DNA of 63,892 nucleotides, counting the filler, from Octopus bimaculoides (taxonomy: Eukaryota): the NCBI RefSeq assembly GCF_001194135.2. It is 5 parts of 5 records of this genome, joined end to end, with 100 filler letters (N's around TTAATTAATTAA, not from the genome) between each part and the next. Parts side by side here need not be neighbours in the genome. Positions count along the whole stretch, not along the records: positions 56,803 to 63,892 come from NC_069002.1; 4 more parts are not named here. One strand, written 5' to 3'. Made by a program: the position numbers and the translations under genes. Positions 63,666 to 63,892 of this stretch are shown piece by piece; position 1 is the first letter of the stretch, and each line of letters starts with the position of its first letter. The notes under the pieces are model-generated. The model was given only the letters and a program-made list of their open reading frames with translations. It did not search any database and was not told the DNA's origin.

Positions 63666-63892
63666 TCCTTAGTATAAAGCGAAAATGTTCCTGTTCTGGT
63701 ATTTTTTCATATTTACAATTGCACTTTATCTTCTTTTTTTTTTATTTTCTGTTTCCTCAATCTCCTATTTTTTCTTTTTCTTTTTTCTTTGTTTCTTTTT
63801 GTCCATTCATTTTAATTTTATTATTTTTTTTGCAATTTCATGCATAATTATATACCAATAAACTACTTTATTCAAGGCTATAAGCAGAAAGT

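Overview
AT-rich, gap-ridden eukaryotic scaffold. The abundant tRNA-derived SINE families and the microsatellite load resemble an octopus/cephalopod genome (my recognition, not a search). Most of the window is decayed mobile DNA. From 5-22 kb there are DNA-transposon relics (Buster/GTF2IRD2-type hAT, two mariners, a maT/DD37D-like element, a Tc1) and one Penelope. From 28-55 kb there is a dense retroelement field: a Tx1-like LINE, two Penelope families and about ten pieces of R4/Dong-like RLE retrotransposons, most abutting (TAA)n arrays. The most notable element is a Penelope terminal module reconstructed from four copies: GIY-YIG ORF stop, tRNA-like Pol III head, (AAT)n, then a minimal type I hammerhead ribozyme. 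It also occurs as solo SINE-like copies. Host-gene evidence is limited to three things: a well-formed first exon of a secreted protein (56181-56408), a small secreted-peptide ORF with a frameshifted prohormone-like continuation (60241-60433), and a phase-consistent chain of candidate minus-strand exons (27.7-19.7 kb). No gene can be named. Illumina adapter remnants and TTAATTAATTAA spacers are assembly artefacts. Element boundaries are approximate unless an exact site is quoted.
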